A stretch of DNA of 64,000 nt from a virus, in the UHGV virus genome UHGV-1368455. The stretch is one strand, 5' to 3'. Shown here in pieces: positions 31,801 to 40,704 of this stretch. Numbering within the stretch: position 1 is the stretch's first letter; every line of letters begins with the position of its first letter. A model generated the notes under the pieces. The model saw only the letters and a program-made list of their open reading frames with translations. It was not told where the DNA came from and searched no databases. The position numbers and the translations under genes are program-made.

Positions 31801-34800
31801 TAGTGAAGAAGATGCTGTTGAGTTTGTACTTCCCGATGAACACATAGAAGATAGCGCTATTGATTATGATATTAAATCTATAAAGAAAGCATATCCTGAT
31901 GCTATTAGGAAAAAAGAAATTAAATATGATACTTCTAATATAAACATAAATTATAATACTATTAGTATTGATGACGCTTATAAGATTTTTGAAAATTTAA
32001 GATGGACTGATGAAAATGGTAAACATCATTCTTTATATATGAATTTCAAAGATGATACAATAAGTCTTCAAGAAGCTATTACTTGTGCAAAAGCTATGGC
32101 GTATAGTACTATTAATGGAAATTATAGCGATACTGTTGTTAGAAATATTTGGTTACATAAATATAATAATGAACAATTAGTTAATCTTGAAAAAGCTCTT
32201 AAAGTTGGCGATGATATAGGTGCTCAAGCCGATGAATGGCCTGCTATTAGAGAAAAGGTTATTGATACTTTTAAAGAAGCTGCTAATAAACAATTTAGCC
32301 CTAAAAGAGAATCTACTGCTCGTAAACAAACTATATTTACAGCTAATAAAATAGGTTGGTCAGATACTAATAAAAATCTTGTAGGTGATTTTGTTACTAC
32401 TTATACAGCTCAAACTACTGCTCATCATCTTGACGCTGTTAAACAAGGGTCTATTCCTAATGTTAATGAATATACTTTTCATGTATATAAATTCCTTACT
32501 ACTATTGGTCTTGACCATGAAACTTCTGTAGGTTTTATTCGTCAGCCTGCTATTACTAAACTTGTTGCCAACAATAATCTTATTAATTCTGTATTCTTTA
32601 GTAGCAAAAATGATGCTGTTAAAATGACTTTAGCTGATATTGCTACAAGATTGGGTCGTAAAGCTAAAGGAAAATATGATATAACTCATAATACTTCTCT
32701 CGGAGTTATATTGAATAGTCTTAAAGAAGATGGATGGTTTGTAGAAGAGTTCAAATATCAAACAGGTATTGATATTACTAAAGTAAATAATAATAAAATT
32801 CTTAAACTTAGAATACCTCTTAATAAAGCTGATATATTTAAACGTATTAAAGATGAAGCTACTAAAACTGGAGATGTATATGAAAATGCTGTTCAAGACG
32901 TTATAGTTCTTATTCAATTTAGTCAATATAAACGTACTACTGATAAACTTAATGAGTATATACAAGCTCTCAATGCTGACAAGATAGGTGCTGCTCCAAG
33001 TATTCGAGAAACACGTCAAATGAGAGACAGAATTAATAAACTTCGTCAAGATTCAACTCTTACTATTGATGGAGAATCTATGATTAATAAAATTTATCCT
33101 GCTGATAAATATAATTCAAATGCTATTAAAGTAGATGAATCTGTATATGCTCCTATTGCTGCTGTTTATTCTATGGCTACTCTTCCAAGTATTGAAGTTG
33201 GTGGTAAAATCTTTACTATGGAAAATGAAGATTTTGCTATTGCTGAAGAAACAGTCCAACAAACTATTCATAAAAGATTAAATATCGAAGAGTATAAAGA
33301 GTATAAACGTTATGCCGTCGCCACATTATATAATACGATTAGCAAGCTATTGACGCCTTTGACGGTTGATGAACGAGGACGCATTATACCTTATTCAGAA
33401 GAGATAGTTAATGAGGACACAGAGCTAAAAACAGCTTCACCATACTGGGATAGAGAACGTTCTCGTATTGTTGGTTATGGTATTACTGATGAAGGTAATT
33501 TCAAATGTGCTAATGTTAATGCTCCTACTGCTGATGAAATTAAAGAATATCTTAAACTTACTCCTGCACAAAAAATTATATTTATACAACGTAATTTCTC
33601 TGATAATCAAGGAGTATTTAATAATATAAAAGTTACTCTTATTAATAATACTGACGTTCGTAATAAAGGTATTAGTAGACAATATCTTAATTATGATGAC
33701 CAAGTTGATAGTATTGAGGATTTGTTTAGTATGTTTGAAAATAGTTTTAGTAATCATAATCCTCTCATTAAACTTGCCGCTGTTGATTTAATTAAATACG
33801 CTTTTATAGCTGAAGGATTTAATTTTAAGTCTGGTTATATTACTAAGATAATTCCTAACGATACTCTTTACTCTGATATTAATGACGGAGGTATGGATAT
33901 TATTGAAGATATTAAAACTAAAGGCGAAGCCTTATATCATATTATTCAAAGTGAAGAATTTATTAATAATTTTATGCGCAGTCATAGCGGACTTGCTCCG
34001 CTTTTTACTTTAAGTCCAAAAGATAAAACTACTAATATATTTATATCTTGTAGTAATATTGATGGACTTGTTTCTTTCGATATGACTACTGAAAATACTC
34101 AAGCTACATGGTTGCATAGTCAGCTTATGCTTCAACGTTATATTGATGGTTATATAAGAGTTACACATCCTGTTGGAGAAAATAAAACTCCTGTTACTAC
34201 TTTATATAAAGTTCTTGGACGAAATGAAATTACTGACGAAAATGGATTTGTTAAAGGTTATAAAGACATATATCTTGTTCCTCTTAATCTACTCGATAAA
34301 TATGAAAGTTATGATATAAGTTATAATCAAAACTATAATCAATTTAATGATTATTCTTATTATGTAGACAGAGTAGATAATCTTGCTAATGAAACCGAAA
34401 GTTATCGTTCTTATAATATTAATAAATTTCAGGAATATAAGGAAAAAATGCTTACTACTGATAAAAATGATATTAATACTCGTGCTCAATATTCTAAAAT
34501 GTCAGAACAATATTTACGTGAAAGTCAACGAGCAAGAAGTAAAGCTATTGATAAATATCCTGGCAAATCTAATCCTATTGGTAAGTTTAATCCTACTACT
34601 AATAAAACTTTTAACAATCCTAATGCTTTAATGGAACTTGCTGAAAGTTCTGATAAATATTTAGCTGGTGCTGTATCTAAATTTATTAATGATATTAATC
34701 AAGCATTTATTTCTAAACTTGCAAGTGGAGATAATATTGGTATGTTTGTTGTTAATAATTCATATCAACTTAATAATCTTATACCTGCTGGCACATTTAT

Positions 34801-37800
34801 AATACAAGATTTTACTAATGAAGATGGAGATATTGTTAGATTGCAAATCGGTCATACTCCTACTAAAAATTTACTTAAAACTATTTATAATATTACTCAT
34901 GGCAAAAATGATAGTAACATAAATCTTAAATATGCTATTAAACAACTTGCAGAAACTAATACTCGACCAAATGCTGCTAATTATTTCTATATAACACAAG
35001 TTCCTCTTACTAATGAAGAAGCTGAAGAAAGATTAAATGCAGCAACCGATTTAATTGCTGATGATTCTGTCGTTGAAGACGCTGGGCTACCCCGTAGAGG
35101 GACATCTCGTGTCAATATTGATGTTGTTAGTGCTTCTGTTATGAAACAAATTCAATATGAAGCTCTTAAAAACAATAATGCTATTGCAAGACGTTTTATT
35201 CAAACTATGGAACGTCGTGGTATTAATAGAAATTATCGTAGTTCTCTTGCTGAACACCGTAAAGATATTTATCGTGCTGCCGCAAGATATTATCAATCTG
35301 CTGCAAATAGTCTTATTAATGCTCTTAATGGTTATGAAATAGCTGGACAAACACTTCGTATGGATAGTCCTGAGTTCTTTGAAGAACTTGCTAAACATGA
35401 TGAAGAATTTAATAAAGTAGCTAAAATTATTCTCGACGCTGTTACTTTTGGCAATCGTATAGCTCCTATTATGCAACTTGATATTGCCGCTGAAGATAAA
35501 GAAACTAAAGAAGGTATTCAATCTATTCAAAATAGTATTAATTCTATTAGAACTAATACAGGATTTAAGACCGCTCTTGCTAATATGTTTAATATATATT
35601 TCAAAAAATATTCTACAAATCCTGACATTAGTGATGGTATTCTTAATCTTCGTGACCAATTTGGTGATATAGATACCATCGTTGCTCTTATTTCTGACCC
35701 TGCTGAAATTAATAATAATGAAGTTCAAGTTATTCTTAAAAACATTTATAGTATGTTTAGTAAAGCAGAAATGTTTGATACTGAACGTAATATAAAAGAA
35801 TGGAAAGAACAACTTACTAAAATTGATGCTATGACTGAAAGTCTTGATATGGATAAAATTATAGATTCTGAACACGGTATGCTTCGTCAAGACTATAATG
35901 ATAAATACCTTGAAGATAAACAAAAAGTTATTGATGATTTTAATGAGGCTCGCAAATATAAAGATGAAAGTCAAGAAGCATTTACTAAATATATTAAAGC
36001 TAAATATGCTCGTGATGAATTTATGTATAAACATCAACATCAACTAATTGTTGATGATTATTATAAAGAAGATTTGGCTATGCGTAAAGAAGTTATGGAT
36101 AAAGCCAAAGATTTATATTATGAGTATATGCGTTATATTACTGAACTTTATAATTTGAATACTGGAGAAGATGAAGATAATGAAGATGTTAAGAAACGTA
36201 AAACAGAACTTATCAATCATATTACTGCAATACGTGCTGACAACGATATAACAGGAGAACTTAAACCTATTCAGCAACGTATGAAAGTTAAAGCACTTAA
36301 TGATTATATTACTAAACATAGAGAACTTGCTCATAAATATTTTAATACACAAGAATATGATGGTTTTCAAGAAGACTATAATCGTTATAATGATTATATT
36401 AAATATCATGATAAAACTCATAAACGTTTAAGTCTTGAAGAAAAACTTGATGACCCAGAATATCGTGAAGCATATAATTGGATTAAAAATAATGGTAAAC
36501 TTAGATATACTGATGAAGCCGCTGTTAAAATTGCAAACGCTTTTGATGTATTAACTAAACGTCAAACTGCTATTTCTAATAAGACTTTGCATGCTATTCG
36601 TAAAATGGAAGGTGTTATTGATGATAATGGTATTATTGATGGACGTAAGTTAACAAATGAACAAATTGCTCAACTTCGTGAAGAAGAAATGGATGAACTT
36701 GCTACTAAATATGAGAATGGAAATGGAGAAATGATGCTTATCAAAATGATTTCCGTTCGTCCTCCTATTATGAATAGTCGTCCAAAGGATGATGAAAGTA
36801 AAAAAATACTTATGGATTTACAATATAAAGATAATAAACTTAAATTTAAGATTATTCAAAATATTAACGAAATACTAATGAAAGCTGTTGACGCTGATAC
36901 AGGAGAAGTCAATATGGTTTATTTATTTAATAATAATTATGTTACTAATGAAGATAGAGAAGAACTTGCTGAACTTTATAATCAATTACGTTCTTTAAGA
37001 AGTGAATCTCTCCGTAAGTTTAAGAAGAGAAAAAACAAAGTTTATGAAGATATTATTGACAATAATGCTTATAATAAAGCTAAAATATTTTATGATACTC
37101 TTCCAAAAGGTTCTATTCAAGCCAAACAATGGCTTAATATATTTACTGAATTAGATGCAGACGGCAATCTTGTTCCTAACAGTAATTTATTTGGTTATCA
37201 TCAAGCTAAAGAAGATTTTATTGACCATGATAAAACTAATGCAAGAGATTTTATATTTGATAATATAGAGTTTGTTCCTAATGAATATTATTGGTTAGCT
37301 GCTGAAGAACATAAAGAAAAAGGTGATTATGATGAATGGTTTAGACAAAATAATGTTTATAATCCTTATACTCATAAATATGAGCCTTTGAAAATATGGA
37401 CTACAATGCAAGCTAAACCTGATAGCGAACTTGCTAAATCTATTGAATATGTGCCTACGTTTGATAATATGGAACGTAGTGTTAAAGAAGAATATATCAA
37501 TACTAATTTCAAAGAATTTAGTCCTAATTATAAGAAAGGTGATTCTAAATATGATACTAATATTAAACTTAATCTTAAAGAACAAGCACTAAAAGATTTA
37601 ATTCAACAAACGTTGAATAAATATGCTACTACTTATCAAGGACGTAAATTTGTCGGACGTGGATTTTTACCTCGTTCTCGTTCTGTACAAATTAATCCTC
37701 GTTGGGCTGGTGGTCAATTAATGTCTTTATTTGGTGTTAGTTGGCATAGTGGTGCCGATAGTGATAGTTTCCATGATATTGTTGACTATTCTCATGATAG

Positions 37801-39976
37801 AGAAGCTGATATGAAAATGCTTTCTCTTCTTAAAGGTAAAGGTACTAAAGATTATATTCCGTCGCCTAAACGAATGGAATATAAAACAGCTGAAGAATAT
37901 GAAAAAGCTGTTGAAGAAGTTCGTAAACAAAATCATGAGATTTATCTTCAAAATCTTGCTATTGATAATAAAAATCTTAATCGTAATTGGCGTAAAGTAA
38001 TGGAAGACTTTGTTTATAACGCTACTATATTTAATTCTCGTCAAGCTGCCAAACCTTATCTTTATCTTCTTCTTGAAGACTTAAAGAATAATGATGCTTA
38101 TAAGATTAAAGGTATGTGGAATAAACGTCTTCTTAAAGATGTTGATACATCTACAAAAGATGACCCTCAATATCAAAGACAAGCGCAAACTCGTACTCAG
38201 CAACTTATTCATAATCTTGCTCGTCGTTTATTATTTGACCAATATCATGAAAATAGTGTTGCTCGTTCTGTTGCCAATCTTCTGCAAAATATTACTTCTG
38301 CTAAATATATGGTATTTAACTTATATGGCGGTGTTGCTAATATTACCACAGGTAAAGTTAATATTCGTGCTGAAGAATTTGCTAATGAATATTTTGGTTT
38401 TAGAGAACTTAAAACTGCCGAAAAAGAATATCTTACTAATATATGTGCGTTCTTAGCTTCTCGTTTTACTGATAAATCTCCTACTCTTGCAGCTGCATTT
38501 ATTAAACAATTCCATGTTGTAGACTTTGACCAAGTTCTACAATTTGCTGCTAATGAAGGAGAACTAAATACTAAGGTTAGAGAATTTAGAGATTTTCTTT
38601 ATAGTTTCCAATCTATGGGCGAGCACTATATGCAAAATACTGTTTTATTTGCTATGCTTAAATCTAATAGACTTTATACTGATACTAATGGAGTTATGCG
38701 TATTGGTGATTTCAAAGATTTTACTTGGGATGTTGAAAAAACTGCTATGCGTAATATTCTTGCTGAATATCCAGAAGTTGCTACTGATTATGAAATGTAT
38801 ATAAAAGGAATACGTGAATACGATATTGAAACTAAACTTGATATTTCAACAGGTCGTAAAAATCTTAATCGTAATTTCCTTTATTCTATTAGAGATAATA
38901 CTAATCAATATAGTCAAGCTTTATATAAAGAAATTGCTACTAAATATCATACAGAAGTTAAGAAACTTATGAAAGAAGCAAAACAACAATTCATGACTAA
39001 TCCAACTGTTGAAAGTCTTTATGAATTTGTTGATGGACGCGCTGAACTTAAAAAAGAATATAAAGATAAAGTTCCTACTGATAATAAAATTGGAGATTTA
39101 GAAACTCTTATTGCTCAGTTCAAAGAAAAAGTTAAATCTGTTAATAAAAAGATACACGGTGTATATGATAAAGATGGAGCTGCTCAAATAGAAAGTAAAT
39201 GGTGGGGTAGTCTTGTAGCACAATATCATAAACATCTTCCTACTGGTATTTGGAAACGTTGGCGTCGTAAAGGTTATTATTCTGAATTTAGAGGTTCTCG
39301 CGAACGTGGTTCTTATCAAACTTTTATTGATTTTATGGGAACTGAATTTACTAATTTTAATAAACGTATTAAACAACAATCTGCTGATACTAATATAGCA
39401 CTTGCATCTATTCAAGTTACATTTAAGTCTATTATTAACACTCTTACTAATTTACAATTTAATTATAATAATCTTGCTCCTTGGGAGAAAGCTAATATGC
39501 GTCGTAATCTTGGAGATTTAAGCGGTATTCTTATTGCTTGTCTTGTAGTTGCCGCTTTATATGGATTATCTGATGATGACGATATTAAGGATGATAAATT
39601 TAAGGCTTCTCTACTTTATCTTGCAGATAGACTTTATAGTGATAGCTCAATGTATAGTCCTGTTGGTCTTGTTAGCGAATATAAGACAGCTTGGAGCAGT
39701 CCTATTGCTTCTGCTAATGGTCCAAGTGATCTTATGAAAGCTATGACTATTATTCCTCAATATCTATTTGACCCAGATTATGATAAAGAATATACTACTG
39801 GACTTTATAAAGGACAAGATAAACTTATGGTTCTTCTTAGACGTAACCTTCCTGGTATTCGTCCTTGGGATAGAATACAAATGATTACTCGTAATAATAA
39901 TTATTATAAGATTGATAGTTCACAAATAGGAATTAGTATTGCTAAAGATTTTGGTGAACTTCTTGCTGGTGAGTAA
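25808..39976 (+). CDS. giant virion protein (4722 aa), candidate virion-packaged multisubunit-like RNA polymerase (crAss-like gp66-type)
   Basis: 14.2-kb uninterrupted ORF. GSDFDVDS at nt 30803..30817 resembles the double-psi beta-barrel (DPBB) catalytic loop NADFDGD. Start uncertain: GTG at 25808, first ATG at 25910. Confidence 0.75.
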   Translation: MGLITAFTIHNIFSKQQIQTIVHYSDESYNGDSNMNCTINDLNLSFDKDNRLRTTIGRVAGWSVDKAYVLASFLQDESFKKYLSKMLTDKDIIGGAAIDLKNITDNDYININQNKLGSLLNVYYIDHYHSVNNSKTNKALGRLNGFSSGTAKTVGLNYTADRIIDKYYDEFGKAKPKKSQEIIAEVINDIEHELYKQVNLFANNVISSDKYSKAARDYAQKFIDIIKRIEENNNKIKETTIFANANKNQLRQYNGKKVTEEEKSIIKRLTDIDKQYKEELASLGKDNARAALDRYVIAQNLVNLYANNVDGALNKRLRNFANLVAQMKGDTNGWFFQVMNTKRMTSIVKEFNNIGDIEEYIEQQDENNDNIIDKYNGQDVDQTTKSWEDSLYKSFNSAISGKMRIILSRVPKLSSPFNPTAEIQSLDTENELGVKTYMDAQFITVQMFSFGDFSDIESMVRSIERRANTVEELYGIGMLVNQMKQDKVFANYMYANFAKPLVNKTMCVISDLTKESGITFNYSNANAFYSTKMAFDMMNKLRASYNTQYDINDYKTIQALGNKLRNPKLPIEFDDTEIIYNTLLKYFPNIKREVYDNFLRGIKDDKRNALINFTQNLIAIINGAGALKTKINTAIEESNRKYNNAKKKFNQDYNAYLEAGDTQAVKQMKYPTYQGVDYTEYDLDPNTLKAVIRLAENLSDYSASKARLNTANAEGNTASDVTKNCYITRFFEQINAGTEEDSNAGLHALLDYITQGTENGKENQYSNNPLFFGVKDENGRVIIPGMFTRVGDIFNINKNAKEILNYSLFDGTKNTQSGNGSGYASMSKLDFFVTQYIAYANSVGDINENGINKKIGNLDSSVYAMRIGSDAPKIYMIRAPRYNYRQLQYAFYNHLMDELNMYVNSLNKIFRKNNAGEYKLITTTNGLYGRAFFDEGAADNLRKDGKKDMSKAFVEENNGRLQLAGKMFKFLRLFDANGHSAATDIETVLSLYGGVDANATSLFIKDGRTKLKLNKDYINSENGFIKELTDEQGTRFVLDLGATQKKALLNIVDNWMKDVLQESTARTSDFVQAMEHNNIQYTQPMIQSFILNALNMNMNYDDMFEGDFKFYNNARDFLKRTKESQAGGDGCSGYRLTELPRRGITENTYFGEPEIINVKTAKNTEAGTYIVPTYDNGSIVNKPMTARNGFRAVTIHNTIKPSDVAMDLQETLEEEFISQGMSKEDAHARSVKIAGGYFAQTKVNDAQSFITLEEFIRRKYADGTIGNYQDLIAQLLDPNVKAEDIDVDAVNARIQVQKNFYFDKQFDPYTGTFVPRQIKNAEFVLIPKLLPQDSDLIKVYEWMRANDIGQLNTAETDKAAKKNIFTIWSEDTGEFIDPRNNKKFREDYIQNYYYQYLYKQQDVPQHMINEENKLGAQIQKKIIDNVSTASKQVQDWANEYQEALVENIREDYIRFLDRMGWEYDSESGHIVNSEYATKDANGNPLPAEVIKSNRETLNLTDFYTRAREEAARLGMDSNFIEYLIPNEFGVTTMPNLMNNVASKLESVAQALFNRTVTRQTMPGWHAAQVTDVGYSRRLLKFDPKTGVMEVYLPRWSNLLPKPKNAEEEKKLLEQIAKEGLDIHLGYRIPTEGKQSISVLRVVGFTNDALGSTIIVPEEWVTQTGSDFDVDSIYGISYEIYAKKDKKGNITVYKIPCEEDKVDNDNLYINYVNSRLEDKVKRSDIGEEIESRIKELRDSLKAQIGDKLNSNNAAFVAVDTQRNELFNKLPAWARGIIVNEQTKAKRVAKKDKVSVDLRGEYQVINKLFDEQLTKRNLDDATADIIKQYMDYQTSLINIMNEQDGITTFDKDEYISSKKDIIATAVENARKEQVKLCESKANEVGLMSYDDFIKQPLIKRLSRKARNNYILDRMINIMNDRSSREEQYGRSQFEGIAGEETSANDIINKISGQSKRSYSPYNPLDQLDYFEDAMGGARLKALSVNWDTFVSKCNRTHPILSEEDAVEFVLPDEHIEDSAIDYDIKSIKKAYPDAIRKKEIKYDTSNININYNTISIDDAYKIFENLRWTDENGKHHSLYMNFKDDTISLQEAITCAKAMAYSTINGNYSDTVVRNIWLHKYNNEQLVNLEKALKVGDDIGAQADEWPAIREKVIDTFKEAANKQFSPKRESTARKQTIFTANKIGWSDTNKNLVGDFVTTYTAQTTAHHLDAVKQGSIPNVNEYTFHVYKFLTTIGLDHETSVGFIRQPAITKLVANNNLINSVFFSSKNDAVKMTLADIATRLGRKAKGKYDITHNTSLGVILNSLKEDGWFVEEFKYQTGIDITKVNNNKILKLRIPLNKADIFKRIKDEATKTGDVYENAVQDVIVLIQFSQYKRTTDKLNEYIQALNADKIGAAPSIRETRQMRDRINKLRQDSTLTIDGESMINKIYPADKYNSNAIKVDESVYAPIAAVYSMATLPSIEVGGKIFTMENEDFAIAEETVQQTIHKRLNIEEYKEYKRYAVATLYNTISKLLTPLTVDERGRIIPYSEEIVNEDTELKTASPYWDRERSRIVGYGITDEGNFKCANVNAPTADEIKEYLKLTPAQKIIFIQRNFSDNQGVFNNIKVTLINNTDVRNKGISRQYLNYDDQVDSIEDLFSMFENSFSNHNPLIKLAAVDLIKYAFIAEGFNFKSGYITKIIPNDTLYSDINDGGMDIIEDIKTKGEALYHIIQSEEFINNFMRSHSGLAPLFTLSPKDKTTNIFISCSNIDGLVSFDMTTENTQATWLHSQLMLQRYIDGYIRVTHPVGENKTPVTTLYKVLGRNEITDENGFVKGYKDIYLVPLNLLDKYESYDISYNQNYNQFNDYSYYVDRVDNLANETESYRSYNINKFQEYKEKMLTTDKNDINTRAQYSKMSEQYLRESQRARSKAIDKYPGKSNPIGKFNPTTNKTFNNPNALMELAESSDKYLAGAVSKFINDINQAFISKLASGDNIGMFVVNNSYQLNNLIPAGTFIIQDFTNEDGDIVRLQIGHTPTKNLLKTIYNITHGKNDSNINLKYAIKQLAETNTRPNAANYFYITQVPLTNEEAEERLNAATDLIADDSVVEDAGLPRRGTSRVNIDVVSASVMKQIQYEALKNNNAIARRFIQTMERRGINRNYRSSLAEHRKDIYRAAARYYQSAANSLINALNGYEIAGQTLRMDSPEFFEELAKHDEEFNKVAKIILDAVTFGNRIAPIMQLDIAAEDKETKEGIQSIQNSINSIRTNTGFKTALANMFNIYFKKYSTNPDISDGILNLRDQFGDIDTIVALISDPAEINNNEVQVILKNIYSMFSKAEMFDTERNIKEWKEQLTKIDAMTESLDMDKIIDSEHGMLRQDYNDKYLEDKQKVIDDFNEARKYKDESQEAFTKYIKAKYARDEFMYKHQHQLIVDDYYKEDLAMRKEVMDKAKDLYYEYMRYITELYNLNTGEDEDNEDVKKRKTELINHITAIRADNDITGELKPIQQRMKVKALNDYITKHRELAHKYFNTQEYDGFQEDYNRYNDYIKYHDKTHKRLSLEEKLDDPEYREAYNWIKNNGKLRYTDEAAVKIANAFDVLTKRQTAISNKTLHAIRKMEGVIDDNGIIDGRKLTNEQIAQLREEEMDELATKYENGNGEMMLIKMISVRPPIMNSRPKDDESKKILMDLQYKDNKLKFKIIQNINEILMKAVDADTGEVNMVYLFNNNYVTNEDREELAELYNQLRSLRSESLRKFKKRKNKVYEDIIDNNAYNKAKIFYDTLPKGSIQAKQWLNIFTELDADGNLVPNSNLFGYHQAKEDFIDHDKTNARDFIFDNIEFVPNEYYWLAAEEHKEKGDYDEWFRQNNVYNPYTHKYEPLKIWTTMQAKPDSELAKSIEYVPTFDNMERSVKEEYINTNFKEFSPNYKKGDSKYDTNIKLNLKEQALKDLIQQTLNKYATTYQGRKFVGRGFLPRSRSVQINPRWAGGQLMSLFGVSWHSGADSDSFHDIVDYSHDREADMKMLSLLKGKGTKDYIPSPKRMEYKTAEEYEKAVEEVRKQNHEIYLQNLAIDNKNLNRNWRKVMEDFVYNATIFNSRQAAKPYLYLLLEDLKNNDAYKIKGMWNKRLLKDVDTSTKDDPQYQRQAQTRTQQLIHNLARRLLFDQYHENSVARSVANLLQNITSAKYMVFNLYGGVANITTGKVNIRAEEFANEYFGFRELKTAEKEYLTNICAFLASRFTDKSPTLAAAFIKQFHVVDFDQVLQFAANEGELNTKVREFRDFLYSFQSMGEHYMQNTVLFAMLKSNRLYTDTNGVMRIGDFKDFTWDVEKTAMRNILAEYPEVATDYEMYIKGIREYDIETKLDISTGRKNLNRNFLYSIRDNTNQYSQALYKEIATKYHTEVKKLMKEAKQQFMTNPTVESLYEFVDGRAELKKEYKDKVPTDNKIGDLETLIAQFKEKVKSVNKKIHGVYDKDGAAQIESKWWGSLVAQYHKHLPTGIWKRWRRKGYYSEFRGSRERGSYQTFIDFMGTEFTNFNKRIKQQSADTNIALASIQVTFKSIINTLTNLQFNYNNLAPWEKANMRRNLGDLSGILIACLVVAALYGLSDDDDIKDDKFKASLLYLADRLYSDSSMYSPVGLVSEYKTAWSSPIASANGPSDLMKAMTIIPQYLFDPDYDKEYTTGLYKGQDKLMVLLRRNLPGIRPWDRIQMITRNNNYYKIDSSQIGISIAKDFGELLAGE
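28776..28794 (-). repeat. motif copy 7, variant (TCTCTCTACGGGGGAGTTG)
   Basis: Inside giant CDS, translated LSLYGGVD. Confidence 0.8.
29219..29240 (+). repeat. motif copy 8 (GAACTCCCCCGTAGAGGGATAA)
   Basis: Inside giant CDS, translated ELPRRGIT. Confidence 0.9.
35087..35104 (+). repeat. motif copy 9 (CTACCCCGTAGAGGGACA)
   Basis: Inside giant CDS, translated GLPRRGTS. Confidence 0.85.
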
Positions 39977-40002
39977 GTTTATATAATTACTCAAAACTTG
40001 TT

Positions 40003-40050
40003 AAAAAAAGGCTCGCGAAGCGGTTATTAAACCACTCCACGAGCCTTTTC
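40003..40050. terminator. bidirectional intrinsic terminator between convergent gene blocks (AAAGGCTCG ... CGAGCCTTT stem flanked by A-run and T-run)
   Basis: 9-bp stem with ~24-nt loop; AAAAAAA on left and TTTTC on right, so it serves both strands. Confidence 0.65.
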
Positions 40051-40077
40051 TTGTTGTTGCCGAAGCAAATGTTTTAA

Positions 40078-40545
40078 TTAATCATTGTGTTTAGGATGTG
40101 CCACAGGTTTAGCAACCTTATGCGGACGGCTGCTATTTTTAGCTGTTATTAGCTTTGTATTACATTTATTTATTTGAGCTGATAACTTATCCAACTGAAT
40201 AACTATATCGCTTGTATGCTCATAATTTGAGTGCAACTTATCTTTAATTTCATTATGATTATTAGCAATATATTCATTAATATTTTTAATTAATTGAAGA
40301 GTAGCATTTATAGTAGTATCTGCACCTTTAATATAATTATGAATTATATTTATAACACTATTTAATACACAAATATTGCTATCAATCTGTTCACAATTAC
40401 TTTTAATAGTATCAATATCTTTATCTATTTCTTTATAAGTATCATAAACATTATTATTTAATTCGATTATCTTTTTCTCTAATCGCATTAACGTAATAGC
40501 CATTATTATAACTATTACTAATATTGTTCCTATTAAAAAATACAT
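40078..40545 (-). CDS. membrane-anchored coiled-coil protein (hypothetical)
   Basis: ORF-track start at 40551 is TTG; ATG at 40545. N-terminal TM (YFLIGTILVIVIIMAITL) then helical region. Confidence 0.5.
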   Translation of the reverse strand: MYFLIGTILVIVIIMAITLMRLEKKIIELNNNVYDTYKEIDKDIDTIKSNCEQIDSNICVLNSVINIIHNYIKGADTTINATLQLIKNINEYIANNHNEIKDKLHSNYEHTSDIVIQLDKLSAQINKCNTKLITAKNSSRPHKVAKPVAHPKHND

Positions 40546-40570
40546 AATCAATCACAATTAAAGTGCATCC

Positions 40571-40594
40571 ATCCCTATACGGGGGAGTTCGACG
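40571..40594 (-). repeat. motif copy 10, reverse orientation, intergenic (ATCCCTATACGGGGGAGTTCGACG)
   Basis: Left arm of inverted pair in gap 40546..40704. Confidence 0.85.
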
Positions 40595-40655
40595 ATTAAT
40601 ACCGACAATAACAATAGTATTAATCGCCGTAATAGCACTAGACGTTATTGACGTT

Positions 40656-40678
40656 GGGCTACCCCGTAGAGGGATAAA
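40656..40678 (+). repeat. motif copy 11, intergenic (GGGCTACCCCGTAGAGGGATAAA)
   Basis: Right arm of inverted pair; 61-bp interior. Confidence 0.9.
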
Positions 40679-40704
40679 TAAAGTCAATTTGTTATTTATA
40701 GCTT

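Noticed and set aside
38320-38340. NLYGGVAN peptide in the giant ORF resembling the LYGGV motif translation
   Set aside because: Underlying DNA (TATGGCGGTGTTGC) does not match the motif, so the resemblance is at the protein level only.
42-39700. Many 60-170-aa antisense and out-of-frame ORFs from the six-frame track inside the large plus-strand genes and inside minus-strand genes
   Set aside because: They are nested within much longer ORFs that have recognisable domains or tight operon spacing. Their compositions (Ile/Phe/Ser/Asn runs) are typical of AT-rich non-coding frames.
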